Under the pieces are notes generated by a model. The model saw only the letters and a program-made list of their open reading frames with translations, was not told the origin of the DNA and ran no database searches. 64,000 nucleotides of DNA from Podarcis liolepis (lineage: Eukaryota), in the NCBI GenBank assembly GCA_965112155.1, contig OZ218098.1. One strand, given 5' to 3'. Shown one piece after another: positions 48,640 to 61,378 of the stretch. A program made the translations under genes and the position numbers. How positions within the stretch are numbered: position 1 is the first letter of the stretch; the number at the start of each line of letters is the position of its first letter.

Positions 48640-51600
48640 GCAAGGTATTTCTTACAAAGTTTATTTGCATTTTTACTGGAGCACAGAGTCTAAATACAGA
48701 TGTGTCTTTTCTTCCGTACAACAGTAGAATGGCCAGTGCAAAATATGCAGGTTTCGTTTTTGTTTTTGTTTTAAAAAAATCTATATATAAAAACCAAGAG
48801 AGAATCTGGCAGTATACTCACAACTCTTTATCCTTGACCTCCCTTCCTCCCCCCTTCATTTAAATCACACCCATTTAAATGGTTGCTGCATTACAGGTGA
48901 AGAAAACTGAACTCCCATAACCTTTTGAAAGACAGAAATACCTACCCCCAATCAGACAAAAGAAATTTAATTTTTAAGAGAGAGATTTAAGAGCTTTCCC
49001 CCCTCCAGAAGATAACAAAGTCGAGTGCAAAACACACAAATATACATTTGACAAGGGGGGTGGGGAGGTACTAATTTAAAGCTTTTCCTGAGACAAGCCT
49101 ATTAAAAAGTATTAAAGTTAGTCAACTTCCTTGTGCATGCTGAAAACTCCAGTCCCAAAATGAGGTTTACACACCTTATCCCAGACTACAGCGACAGTGA
49201 AATGGAATATTGGCAAACAATGTTTTCCTATGTGCGTGTAGAGGTAATCGGCACGTTAATGCTAACTCCACCTAATAAATGTCATCTTCCTTTGGAGGAC
49301 TATAAAGAATTCTAGTTCAGTGTTTCAGAGGTACAAATAAGCCAGGGAAAATGTGTTGTTATTAACACAGACAGCTCAGCGACAGCTCAGCACTTGTTAA
49401 CTTAAAATATATCAAGCTTTGTCCAGTCTATTTCTATGGTTATCTACCCATCTGCTATAAAAAGCTGTGATTATTATTATTAATTATTATTATGTTAAAG
49501 AAGTCAGGATTTCCTTTACCAAAAGTACAGTGTTTATACTTCTGTGAAACACAACAAATTACAAATGTGCTAAATGTAATTTTGAACCATGATTTACATT
49601 ATTCTATGATAGCTGTGCCCATTAGAGCCATTCAGGGAGTGTAAAAATATTTTTTTTGTTTCCCTTCACTCTACGAGTCAGATAAAGGCAAGTTCTCCTT
49701 TATTGAAGGAGACCCATGCACTGTTGCACATGAGGAATGAGCCATGTGCACTTAACCCAACAGATACCTGTCAAATGTTAGAGGAGGCAGCCATATAAAG
49801 TCTTTCCAACCCATCTGGGCGTTGGCCATCTGTTGGCCATTGAATGCACCATCCTACTTCAGTGACCAGCACTGCAGGCAGTGCCCTTAACCAAACAAGG
49901 GAGTTACATGTGCATTACTCTTCTGTATGCATGGTTCCTGATGCAGCAGGGAATCACTGCACAGAAGCCTGCTTCTGCACACCCACTGCACTCAATGGAT
50001 CAGGGTGCAAGTGTCCAGCTCAATGATAGACTGACCGCATAACACTGTGCGTGTGTCCATCCAGCTTAACATTCTTTACAATATTAGTAGAGGAAAGTGT
50101 TACTTATACACAAAGATTTTCATAAGATTGCTCACAGCAAAATCTGCAAGTCTACTCAGCAGCTTAGGCCCATTGAGTTCAATGAGACTTTACTTCCAGA
50201 TAAGCGGGTACAGGATTGCAGCCTCAGTTGCCAAATTAGACGATAGGGGAACAACAACAAAAACACACATTTTAGAAAAGAGCATCACAAGAAGGCACTC
50301 ATATCAGCAAAGTAATTAGACTTATTTTGCCACAGAAGTAGCTGTCTGCCTTTATGACAATATGTCCTGTGACATTAATATCTGAAAATACATTAATACA
50401 TTAGAATCACTTAGGGGGTAATTTGGGTAAGAGAAAACATTTATACCCAATTTCTGGATTGGAGCAGAACTGAGAAATCAACAGAGCAAACACCTCCCCA
50501 GTTAGACTATGGGACATTTCTTTCTGAATATTTTGCTTCCTATACTTCTTTATGATTACTGTATTGGTACGTCCATTTAACTTCTTAAGTATTATGAAAA
50601 TTTGCAAGATTCCTTAGTTTTACTGACAACTTCAGAGCCATGTTAAAACAGCCCCCAAAATTATGGGACTCTTGCTTTTAAATATTTAAAGTTAGGACCA
50701 TGAGTGTCTCTATTTATACCTATCTATATACAAGCTTCTATAATCCGTACTCAAAAGGAAGAAGTGGTAGCAGGATGGGGTGTAAAGAGAAAAAGAAAGA
50801 AAAAAACAGAAAGGGGAGCAACTGTTTCTAAAAAACAAATAGAGAATATTCAAATCCATAGATGCAAGTGGAAATAGCACAGACCTTATAAACTTAAGAA
50901 GCTTAACATACAATTGTTGGTGAAGCAGGCATATGATATGCACATACAACTTCCAGGGAAGGGTAGACATGAGGAGAGGAATGCAAAGTTTCCATCTTTC
51001 CTCTTTCCCTTAGCGACAACATTGCCTTGAGAGCTTTTGAAGCAAGGAGCCTGAAACAAGAGTGTTCAGAAAAGGAGGAAGAAATGTTGCTCACAGCCAT
51101 AAGCAAAGTCCAAGGCACGTGAGAGATCTTTGACCAAACCTATAACCTTCTGTCATACAAGTGAATGGAACCAGTTTACTTTTATAGCAGAAAGGAGACC
51201 AGTTTGTGAACACATTACTGGATGAGGGTCAGTGCTTGCTCCATGCCCTGGAGGATAAGTATTTGCTAACCTCTCCCCTCATATATAACTTCTCTCCCCC
51301 CCCCCCCCCACAGAGCTAGTGTGCTTTCTTCCAAAGTTAAATCTCTCACGGAGTTCCATGGGGCAACTGCAAACTGGATGTGCAGCAAAACCTGCCCATT
51401 TCTCCAGTCAGCCCTTTTCATTTCTCCAGCAGATCTCAGTGGTAGCTGTTGAGTTTTACTGGGGGGAAATATCATAGCCACAAATGAGGGGCACAATTCA
51501 GCTGAGGGCAAAATTTGCCCTGGTTTGTCCTTTTTTCAATTTGAAGTCCTAAAACAAAGCCACCTAATTAAAATGAGCAAGTAAGAGTTATATAGAATAA

Positions 51601-52149
51601 TTAAAGGGGGGTTGGAAATAGCGCTTCTGCTTGGTCTGTTGTCAGATGCAACACAAAAAAAGCATGCAGGAAAGTAACTACCCTCCTTAGGAACTTAGGT
51701 GATAATTGCAAATTTGCTTTAAGAAGAAAGAATCCATAGCTGTCTGGTTATCTATATTACCTAGGAAGAGAAGGAAAAGTAGTACTGTATATACACTTAG
51801 CGACATTTGTAACCAGGATGATCAGCCTTTATAATGCTAGTCCCTGGAGGGTTGACAGAAGTGCTTTTCATATTAAGTTGTTTTTGTTTTAATAAGGCAC
51901 ATGGTTTTGAACAATGAACAAAAATGCATACAAGTAGTTCTAAAAAGGAAAGGCAATTCAAAACAATAATCAGATGAACTCCGAAGACCACGTCTAGTCC
52001 CCAACACTCTGAAATTTACACACTTTAATTTTTCTGCTAGGGCATTCAGTTAATAAGAACACTTTTATACAAATGAGTTTTCCATCTTTTCAGTCTGGGT
52101 TGCAGTGAGGCATCATAATGTTGTAAGTCCCAACATACATAGAAGAGGG
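48640..52149 (-). other. TFCP2L1: Probable TFCP2L1 3'UTR (~3.5 kb) with candidate polyadenylation signal AATAAA at 48665-48660
   Basis: AT-rich, repeat-poor sequence after the stop; AATAAA followed by U/GU-rich sequence on minus; 3' end inferred only. Confidence 0.5.
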
Positions 52150-52187
52150 TTATTTCAGAATGATATGGTAGCCATCATTACTTTCAG
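52150..52187 (-). CDS. TFCP2L1: TFCP2L1 last coding exon (A)ESNDGYHIILK-stop
   Basis: Pyrimidine tract + CTGCAG acceptor; TAA stop at 52152-52150. Confidence 0.94.
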
Positions 52188-52959
52188 CTGCAGGAGAGAG
52201 AGAAAAAGAGGGGAGAAACCTTTAATCAGTGCTTTAACTTCAAACTTTGAAATACACACACACATACACATACCTGACTGAAGATCCTACTAGTCTGCAC
52301 TTTCTACAGATGCAAATTGTGTGACAAACCAAGAGGCTGTGGACATCCATTTCAAGAAATAATTTATGTACTGTAATCTTAGTACTACATTATGGGATGT
52401 GGATTGTTAGAAAATCCAAGTAGTTTTAGTCACATTACAAAAGAAAATAAGTTTGGTATAGTGTGGAAGGAAAGGTGACAGAACACTAGCTAAGAGAAAT
52501 ATATAAATATATGGGCAGAAGCAAAGGAACCCCAATGCATGGAAATGATAGTTTACATGAGGAGCTTCATATATGGAAAAGAATTAGCAAATGTTGAACA
52601 ACTAAATAGATAGAGCCACTATGCTAACTTCCTGGCAGGTAGGTAGGTGTACCTTACCAGGAGGGGGAGTGAGAGAGACAAGGCAGCAGGGGGGTTGGTG
52701 TGGTATAAATGCACTGGCAGAACAGTGCATACTTCGCTTCTTTGCTTTTGGGAACTTTCACGTCTCAAGTTTGAGGCCCCTGAAGGAAAGGGTGACACCA
52801 CCCCTTTTTCTGGTTTCATAGTATCTGACTATCCTGTTTGGCTGTTTATGCATTTGTCATTTTACGTCTGAGAATTTTTGGATCCCCTTAAGTGACTTCC
52901 AACACCCTTATTTTGGTGAAGGCAAATCCTACTATTGTGGCAGGAAATATGTGTATATA

Positions 52960-53480
52960 CCGTATTTTTTGCTCTATTGGACGCAGTTTTTCCCCTCCAA
53001 AAATTGAGGGGAAATGTGTGTGCGTCCTATGGAGCGAATGCAGGCTTGTGCCATAGCTGCGTGCAACCCCTCTGGCAGGGAGAGGCTACAAGGGGCTATG
53101 GCTTCTTTAGCCCCGTGCAGCTTCTCCCGGGAGGGAGAGGTTGCGTGGGGCTAAAGAGGAAGCCAAAGCAGCCAGCGCGATCCATCCCGCTGGCTGCCTT
53201 GGCTTGTTCCATAGCTGTGCGCAATCCCTCCAGCAGGGAGAGGCTGCACCGGGCTATGTCTTCTTTAGCTGCATGCAGCCTCTCCCGGTAGGGAGAGATT
53301 GCGCGGGGCTAAAGAGGAAGCCAAAGCAGCAAGCGGGATCCTCTCCGGCAGGGAGAGGTTGTGCGCAGCCTGTACGCTGCTCTTTGGGGCTGGGGGGGGA
53401 GATTTTTTTTTATTGATTTCCCCATTTAAAAACTAGGTGCGCCCTATGGTCCGGTGCGCCCTATGGTGCAAAAAATACAG
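52960..53480. mobile_element. Tc1/mariner-type MITE with internal tandem repeats, in the last TFCP2L1 intron
   Basis: TA-CCGTATTTTTTGC…GCAAAAAATACAG-TA; repeated GGGAGAG…GGGGCTAAAGAGGAAGCCAAAGCAGC units. Confidence 0.88.
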
Positions 53481-53483
53481 TAC

Positions 53484-53535
53484 CTTTTAACGTCGTGATG
53501 ACAAAACAAGATTCATCTTGAAAGTTTTGTACCAT
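53484..53535 (-). CDS. TFCP2L1: TFCP2L1 coding exon MVQNFQDESCFVITTLK(A)
   Basis: 52-bp exon; ccAG acceptor, donor GTACTG; matches MVQNFQDESCFVLSTIKA. Confidence 0.93.
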
Positions 53536-55639
53536 CTGGATAAAAAAGACAAATGGAAGAAATCTGGAATTTATTGACACACACATATTTTCTTCAGAAA
53601 GGAAATATACATTTCCTAATCAACAGGGTGCTATTAGTCTGAAAACAAAGGAACTGTCAGTGTACAGAGGCCAGTATGGCTATTCAAAAAGGACGTGCAA
53701 CCATGAGGTGCTTCCTAGAGGAATTTTTGCAGCAGCACACATGCAAAAATGGTAGATAAGCAAATGGTAGAGACTGGAGGAGCTATAAAGCCCACCACCC
53801 CCAAAAATGGAGGTCAAGATTCACCTAACCAACTCCATTAGTCATGCCCATTAATTTCAATGGGTCTTCTGTGTGTGTGACTTAAGTTGTGCTAGGTGTT
53901 ATCATAGGTGATAGTCATTGACTTCCGTCTTCTTAGGCTATGCTTTCCTCCACACAACAGTGCTCTTACTCCCCAGTCACCTTCACACAGAAAAATATCC
54001 ACCAAAATTAAGTCCAGTGCTGCACCCATACACCATATCTAATGATGCATGAAGAACATCCAATTGGCGACTGCTGTTTGCATCACTCTTGCTGCCCTGC
54101 CACCAGAACACAAAAATAAGGCAATTGTTGTTGTTAATCAGTAACTCAAGCATGTAATGAAGGGTCTCCTTGCACCCTAGCTGGTTGAGGCAATTCTTCT
54201 TTCCAGAGGCTGCCTTAAAACACTTCATGACTATTCAAACACTGAAGGTTTCAGATTCATCAGAGTGAAACGGTAGGGAGACTTTCAGAATAAAAATTGC
54301 AGGCTTCATCCACAGTTGCACTGGAAGCCTTGCTCTCTGCTTTAACTGTGTTCTCCAGGGGTCATATACAACGATGGTTCTTAAGTGATTCTAGAGCATG
54401 CAGCCCACAGCTTAATTAGAAAAGGCTGGGAATATTTACCATGGAAAATATGCAGCATAGAACAGAATGAGACATTCGTGGGAATGGTTGGAAGCAAGTA
54501 AGTGGGATTCTTGCTCCCATATGAATGACATCTTGTTGCTTCCAAGAAACTTGGATGAGGGCTCAAAAGGTTTTATTGTTTTTGCAAAGTATTTTCCATG
54601 TTGTACATATATTTCAGCTTTAACATTTTGTTATGCAAGATTCCGTGTGCCCTTCTCCCACCCCCCCCACCCCACTAAGTCAAAGTTAAGCAATGGTGCA
54701 GATTGTTTGAATGAGATTATAGCAAGCTTAATAAGCCAGCTTCATAGCAGAGATTCTTTAAAAATGGAACTAAATTTGGCAGAAGTCCTTCAACTGGCCA
54801 TGCATAAGGGGGTTAGCACACAAACCAGATACTTTGCTCAAGCTTGTTGAAGCTCACTCACTTTTGAACGCAACCATTAAACTAACTCACTGACAAAGCA
54901 ATGTCAACGCGAAAGGGGAAATATTGGGTTCTCTGTAATTCTTTCTACTTTCTAGGGGTGAAAGTGATTGCATGTTTCAGTACCATTATTTTATCGGGAA
55001 TGTGGTTGTACTGCATGCTTAAAATGTAATTTTTTATGTTCCCCAGATACTTCTATATTTCGAATTGCCTTTCAGTATCTGTGGTTTTTAGGCAAGGGAA
55101 CAAATCTGAAGATGGAGACTAGCAGAAGCAAAATGTTATAGAATCTGTAAAGGCAGAAGGAACTGTTCATGGTGCTGAAATCTTACCTATTGGCCACTTG
55201 AAATTGTGCCTATTCACTTGAGACAAGCACAACCTCTAAGAGTCAATTTTAAACATTGAGGCCAAGGCTGTGCACTATATGAGCTGAAATGAAGTGGAAG
55301 AGAGTCCAGGAGAAAGCAATGAATATGCCTTTCCCACCATTTCATTACCAGCTTTGTCAACAATGCTTGATAAGAGGACTACTTCCCTTCATAAACATCC
55401 TTACCAAAAAGTATTGTATAAACAGGAAAGCAAAATGAGCTTTATAATCAGGTTCTTCATATCGTGATCCTCACTGCTAACGCTGCATATATGTTCTAGC
55501 ATTTTAGAACTCAGAGCCTCCAGAGCAAAACACACAATCCACAGCATTATGAAGGTCAGTCACACTAAGGTCAGAGAACAGGTCCTAAACACATCAATAG
55601 CTAGAACTAGATGGGATGCATTCCAGTTAAAACTCTTAC

Positions 55640-55782
55640 CTCATTGCTCACCAATACATGGATCCCTGTAGGTCCTTGCCGATAGATTCGGTTTATCTGC
55701 TGTGGGGAAATACTGTACAAGTTGGCAATCTTCTCCATCAATTCCACTGTTGTCAGCTCTTCTAAGAAGATAGCATGGTATA
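55640..55782 (-). CDS. TFCP2L1: TFCP2L1 coding exon (I)YHAIFLEELTTVELMEKIANLYSISPQQINRIYRQGPTGIHVLVSNE
   Basis: 143-bp exon; tgcAG / GTAAGA; conserved CP2-family C-terminal domain. Confidence 0.96.
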
Positions 55783-57544
55783 CTGCAACAGTATTGGGGA
55801 AAGAGAAATATTTAGACATGCACCAATGGATTTGCATATATTTAAGGGAAAATATTTAATTTTTGCAAAGCAGCCCTCATTTGCTTTTGTCTTAGCACAC
55901 ACTAGAATATTAAGACTTAAGAGAAGAAAAGCATTTAGAAGTAACCTTTTAAGTTCATAATCATGACAGAAAGAAGTCGCCACCCAGTCATTACTTTTGC
56001 ACATTTCTGCATTTTTAATTTTGCAGTTCAGATATGAAAAATTCAAAATATGCATGCTCTTATGAAAGAGGGAGTAGGTGTCCTTTTCATCACCAAAATA
56101 AGCACATGGGGGAGCTAAGCTTTTCCCCACCTCACCTTCCCATGTTTGGGTGCCTTTGCCTCCAGCCAGCTTGGGGAAAACTATGAAGTAAGGCACAGAA
56201 AACTGTTTTCCTTTCCAGTATGCTCACTGATTTTAATACCACTACAATTTTTCTATTTTTCTTTTTAGCAAACATGTGCTCAGCTAGATTAGCCCCAGGA
56301 ACGTAACCACAAGCCTAAGTGTTGCTTTTAGAAATGATAATCATTAAAACATTCAGAACATGTGTAGCAGTTTCCTATCCTTGCCAGGCAGGTTTAGTGT
56401 TTTGGGGAGGGGGCTGGTTTAAACTAACATCCTGACCCAACAAATCATTCATTTTCAACTGGTGGGTCAGGCTCCACAAACAGAACATATTCTAACCTCA
56501 AGGTGAGTGCTGTTAATAGTAGTGACACTACCACCGTCCAGTGTTGTGGGGTGGAAAAATTACCACTTCATAAGTTCATGAATGCCAGTTGTGATATAAT
56601 AATATTAGGCAAACTTGGCAGTTTCAAAGTTTTAATTAAGGTTTTTAAGGTGATTATCCTTAGCAAGAATGTCATTCTGCTTTTCCTTAAATTCAAACAC
56701 TGTTGGTTGTCTTGTAAATTTTTACAAGTACTCCAATTAAAAAAAAAAATCTATGTACTGTAACATTTAAAGCATATTAAAAGTGCGCTTTAAAATCCTT
56801 CCCTCTAAATACTTCAAGTAAAATATTTAAGGTGTATTGGGCGAAAAAAATATAACATGGGATACCTTTTTTCAGCTTAGTTTCTTAAACAAATTTGCTA
56901 AATTAGGCCACTCCCTGGGGCAGCAAGAAATTTCCTGATGCAAATTACCCTGATTTGCATAGGAAAATTTTCTGCTTCAATATTTGCTGGAAACTACTCA
57001 TAACGGCCACCATCACTGTTTCCCTGTTTGGAAGACAATCACAGATTATAAAGAGAGAGAGAGTGTGTTTTCACAGAGAGGCAAGCAGCGTGACTTTTAA
57101 CCATTCTGTAGCTGACAGGATTTCAGTGGGTAGAATCCTGCATTGTAAGATGCACCTGCCAAAATTTACTCCTGGTTTTTTTATATATAATCTGGTGACT
57201 CTAAGAAGAGAAGACAGCCACTCTCTCACACGCTAAAATTAGCTTGAGGGGATGTCAGGCTAACCCCCAGAACAGTGCACAGGGCAAGGGGGGAGGTTAT
57301 TCCATCTGGAAAGACAAAATGTTTGCACTGGTGGAATGATCAGGAGAGTGTGGTGTTGAATTCCTCCCATTAAATGCAACCCTGTGTCTGTTCATACCTA
57401 TGTATTAGTGAGTGTGTTGGCTGAACAGGATCAGTCCCTAAGCTATTAGTGGTGTGTGGTGTGGGGAGAGGTTATATGACTTTGGGTTCATTCTGGAAAA
57501 GAGGAACTTTTGAAATTGATCATACTAATAGCAATTAGATAGAC

Positions 57545-57785
57545 CAGGGGTCAGCAAACTTTTTCAGCAGGGGGCCAGTCCACCTTGGGGGGGGGGTCTG
57601 GACTGTATTTTGAGGGGGGGAAATGAACGAATTCCTATGCCCCACAAATAACCCAGAGATGCATTTTAAATAAAAGCACACATTCTACTCATGTAAAAAC
57701 ACGCTGATTCCTAAACCGTCCGTGGGCCGGATTTAAAGGCGATTGGGCCAGATCCGGCCCCCGGGCCTTAGTTTGCCTACCCATG
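57545..57785. mobile_element. hAT-Charlie-type MITE (intronic, inverted relative of 46198-46611)
   Basis: CAGGGGTCAGCAAACT…AGTTTGCCTACCCATG; TSD AGATAGAC / AGATAGAT. Confidence 0.85.
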
Positions 57786-57879
57786 AGATAGATTTTATCG
57801 GGTAGCCAGAGTTTTTCAAAGGATGTAGAGTTTATTACGAAAGGCTGGCAAGCTTTGCCAAAACGAACAAGACACTTAC

Positions 57880-57980
57880 TACACAGATTAGCATCTCCAT
57901 TCTCTCGTTTTTGATGAAGGTGAGACCGGTTTTGCTCAGGTTCCTGACATACATAAATGGTCATCTTGGGCCTTACATTC
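57880..57980 (-). CDS. TFCP2L1: TFCP2L1 coding exon RNVRPKMTIYVCQEPEQNRSHLHQKRENGDANLC
   Basis: 101-bp exon; tgtAG / GTAAGT; in frame with neighbours. Confidence 0.95.
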
Positions 57981-58684
57981 CTACAGGCAAAACAATATTC
58001 TTTTCAGTATTGGCACTGTAACAGGACACAACGCTTCCAACTGGGCACGGCGCTGCTCTGCACATGAAATTGGATAACTGCGTAGAGACCCAATTGTGAT
58101 GCAAAGCCTAGAACAGGGGTGTGCAGAAGGTAGACTGGAATCTACTGGTAAATCAGCATGGATTTCTTTCTCCCAATTGCTCAACAATAGAAGAGTCTGC
58201 TACCACCACCAAATGATATTGCTGGAATGAAAAAAGCTGGGAATATTCAAAAGTATTTTTGGGGTGGAGGCAGCTATGGAATGATAGTGAACTCAGTTCA
58301 TTTCTGGTATTCAGAACAAATTCCTGAGCTGAGAAATGTTAAGTGTATGTCTTCTGGATCAGATTCTAGCTGAGGTTTAGTAACATACCAAGTGGACCCC
58401 ACAAGCCTGAAGCCTGCCTTCACCTGGGCTAGAGTGTCAAGACTGACTGGGAAGACTCGAGTTCAAATCTTTGTTCAGCCACAAAGCTTATTGAGTGACC
58501 TTGTCACTAACTCTCAGCTGATCAGTGTACCATCCCAAGATGCAGTCAAATTTTATTATTTACTATGTATGTCTTGTATGTCTCCAGTGACACATAAGCT
58601 TTTAAGGATCTCCCCACTGCACACAACCCCCCCCCCAAATTTGAAAATGCAGTAACTGGTGCTGTAACAGAAAATGTGACAAAC

Positions 58685-58775
58685 CTTCCTTTAATGGCGT
58701 TATAAAGTCGAATGCCATCAGCTGGGCCACAAATCTGAATAAGGTCATCTTTGGACATCTTCAATAAGTCGGCAC
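58685..58775 (-). CDS. TFCP2L1: TFCP2L1 coding exon [31 protein letters not shown] (SAM-like domain)
   Basis: 91-bp exon inside ORF 58546..58833; ttcAG / GTTTGT. Confidence 0.95.
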
Positions 58776-59553
58776 CTGAACATTTCAAGCAAAAGTCATT
58801 TCCCCCCAATAACAAGCTTCTATACCGAATCAAATTTTACAGGTTTGTTAAGACAGGTGCTGGAGGAATACAAGTTCTGATTAGAAAAAAACCAATATTG
58901 CAAGCAGTCACTTGACAGAGATATTTTTGTGCAAATCTATTGCATGTGTGGGGAGAGGAGAGATCCAGAAGGAAGTAGTCATGGCCATGGCCAAAATCAT
59001 GTTACTTCTGGTCTCAGACACAAAAACCTGCTTCCAGCAGCATGTGCAAATTGAGCTCATAGTGTAACTAAACACAGAAGCAAGGAATCTTTCACATTGT
59101 ATAACTGACATCTCCTGAACCAACTAAAATGGCTGTCCAAGTGCATGGTCCTCAGGCAAGGGTGCGGGTATGTGAAGGTCACTTCTCCACTTTTAAACCC
59201 CAAACTGAAGAAACCAAGGAAAGCCCACCAGAATTTGTGTTTTACAGAATGATGCTGTCCATGAAAAAATGGATGCACTATTTACTGGGGGGAGCAGGGG
59301 AAGGAGAGCGGCATCACCTCTCCCCTGCCCCAGATACAGAATGTTGCTTCTGAGTGTTGGGAATATGCAGAATTCCCACCGAAAGAGCATAATCTTGAGG
59401 AATGGTGCAGTGTGAAATCAGTGTGCATTTATTTCCCATTAGGACTATCCATACAGAAAGGCCAATGGTCTATATTACTTAAAGAACAGAGTTACCCCCT
59501 TGAAGGAACATTAGGAAGGATAAAAGGCACATGGGCCATTTTAACACACATAC

Positions 59554-59647
59554 CTGAGAAACTTGAAAAGAGTCTACAGAATGGACTAAACCTATTTCGC
59601 TGAAGCCACTGCTGAGCATCTTGAATAGAAGCAGAGGGAAGGAGATG
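59554..59647 (-). CDS. TFCP2L1: TFCP2L1 coding exon [31 protein letters not shown](G), start of SAM-like domain
   Basis: 94-bp exon, tgtAG / GTATGT; near-identical to the TFCP2L1 peptide; preceded by a 97-bp intron. Confidence 0.95.
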
Positions 59648-59744
59648 CTACATTGCAAAAAGAATAAGAGGGTCTTGAAATGAACTGTTCACCAGTGTCC
59701 TAAAAAAAGAAAAGCACCACATTAACATGATCTCAAATACTTAC

Positions 59745-59793
59745 GTCATTGCTGGGAGGCAGGAGCTCCGCCTGGTGAGTTGGAGAACTGTTG
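59745..59793 (-). CDS. TFCP2L1: TFCP2L1 coding exon (G)NSSPTHQAELLPPSND
   Basis: 49-bp exon, tttttAG acceptor and GTAAGT donor; phase joins the previous exon; matches NASPTHPVEALPVGSD. Confidence 0.92.
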
Positions 59794-59909
59794 CTAAAAA
59801 TTGTACAGAATTGGGAAAGAAAAAAGGATTTTTTTAACGTCTCTCCTCAATAGTGCTGGTTCTTGTCCCTCCCCCGTCCCCACTTCTCTCCCTCTCTCCA
59901 GATGGATTA

Positions 59910-60151
59910 CAGTGGTACCTCAGGTTACAAACACCTCAGGTTACAAACACTTTGGGTTAAAGACTTTGCTAACCCGGAAGTAGTACCTTGGGTTAAGAAC
60001 TTTACCTCAGGATGAGAACAGAAATTGCATGGCTGCTGTGCAGACACAGTGGGAGGCCCCATTAGCTAAAGGGGTACCTCAGGTTAAGAATGGTTTCAGG
60101 TTAAGAACAGACCTCCAGAACGAATTAAGTTCTTAACCCGAGGTACCACTG
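59910..60151. mobile_element. Tc1/mariner MITE (family of 321-546), intronic
   Basis: TA-CAGTGGTACCTCAGG…CCGAGGTACCACTG-TA. Confidence 0.9.
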
Positions 60152-61286
60152 TATATGAATGAAACACGTTCCAAGTACAAGTTGCCTAATCAGGTGTTCA
60201 AAATAACAGACCATGCAGACCATGTTGTTTCCACTAAGAGAAGTCAAAATGTGTTTCGGTTTTGCTTTGTTTTTTAAAAGGAGGCTATTATGTTCTACAT
60301 GGAAAGACTGCCCCCCTTTAAAGAAAAAGAAGTGATGCAACACAAATCCCTTGGATTCTACAGATTTGGAATGTAGCTGCTATAGAAAGGATATCCAATA
60401 TGTTCAAGGAGATTAGGAGGGGAGGGGAGTTTTATTTTAAGACTTAAAAAATTCTTTATTCTTGGCTAATTTAGGATTAAGGAGACCAGAGAGGTGCAAT
60501 GGTCAAACTAAGATCGGGGAGATGCAAGTTCAAACCGTCATCCAATTACTGAGTTCATTGGGAGTCCTTGAGCCAGTCACAATTTTTCAACCTAACCTAC
60601 CTCCCAGGATTAACGAAAGAATAAAATGGGGAAGGAGAAGCAGAGAACCATGTATGCCACCCTGAACTTCTTGGAAAAATAACAGGATATAAATAAGTAT
60701 ATTTATTTATTTATTTAAAGAAACCCACCTCCCCTACACCTGCCAACAGTAGGCATAAGTTTAAAAAGGAATCTCTTCCATTCCATCAGGCTATAGGAGT
60801 GGGAGAGATGGGACAGGACATTGCTCATTTCAAGATCTTTCCATTGTAGCTGGTTACTGCAACAACTCTGTAATTAAAACTAAGGCCTGAGCTTGTTTTT
60901 TCTCTCCTCCCTCCCAATCCCCTTTTCCTTTTGTTTTGTGTCTCTTAGGTTGCAAACCTGAGGGCAAGAACTGTCTCATCATTGACATTTATTGACATGA
61001 GTCATGCTGGGAACCTACTTTGGGTGAAGAGTGGCATGAAAATGCTTCAAGTAATTTAAATATGCAAGTACCTTTCAAGCGAGTGGGAGCAGTAAAAGAG
61101 CACAGCAGTATGTCTCGCAATCTCGGCAAATAATATTTGGGTTGAATTGCAGGCTCCAACATAACACTAAATGCGAAGTTAAAACTTCCTTATCTTTTAC
61201 ACGTGTGGTTTTTTTCTTTTTATGAAACAAAAACATGAAACTGGGGCTCCAATGTCAGCTGAAAAGATAAAATATTTATCACGTAC

Positions 61287-61378
61287 CCATCTCCAAGGCT
61301 GAAACTGTTTGGAGAGCTGTTGTAACTTGGAGACGGAGCGTTGTTCACTTGATAAGGCACATCTGGCCACGGGGAACA
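61287..61378 (-). CDS. TFCP2L1: TFCP2L1 (CP2/LSF family transcription factor) internal coding exon, CSPWPDVPYQVNNAPSPSYNSSPNSFSLGDG; upstream exons lie beyond the window
   Basis: Peptide matches remembered human TFCP2L1 CSPWPDVAYQVNSAPSPSYNGSPNSFGLGEG; acceptor AG at 61380-61379, donor GTACGT at 61286; 92 bp. Confidence 0.95.
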
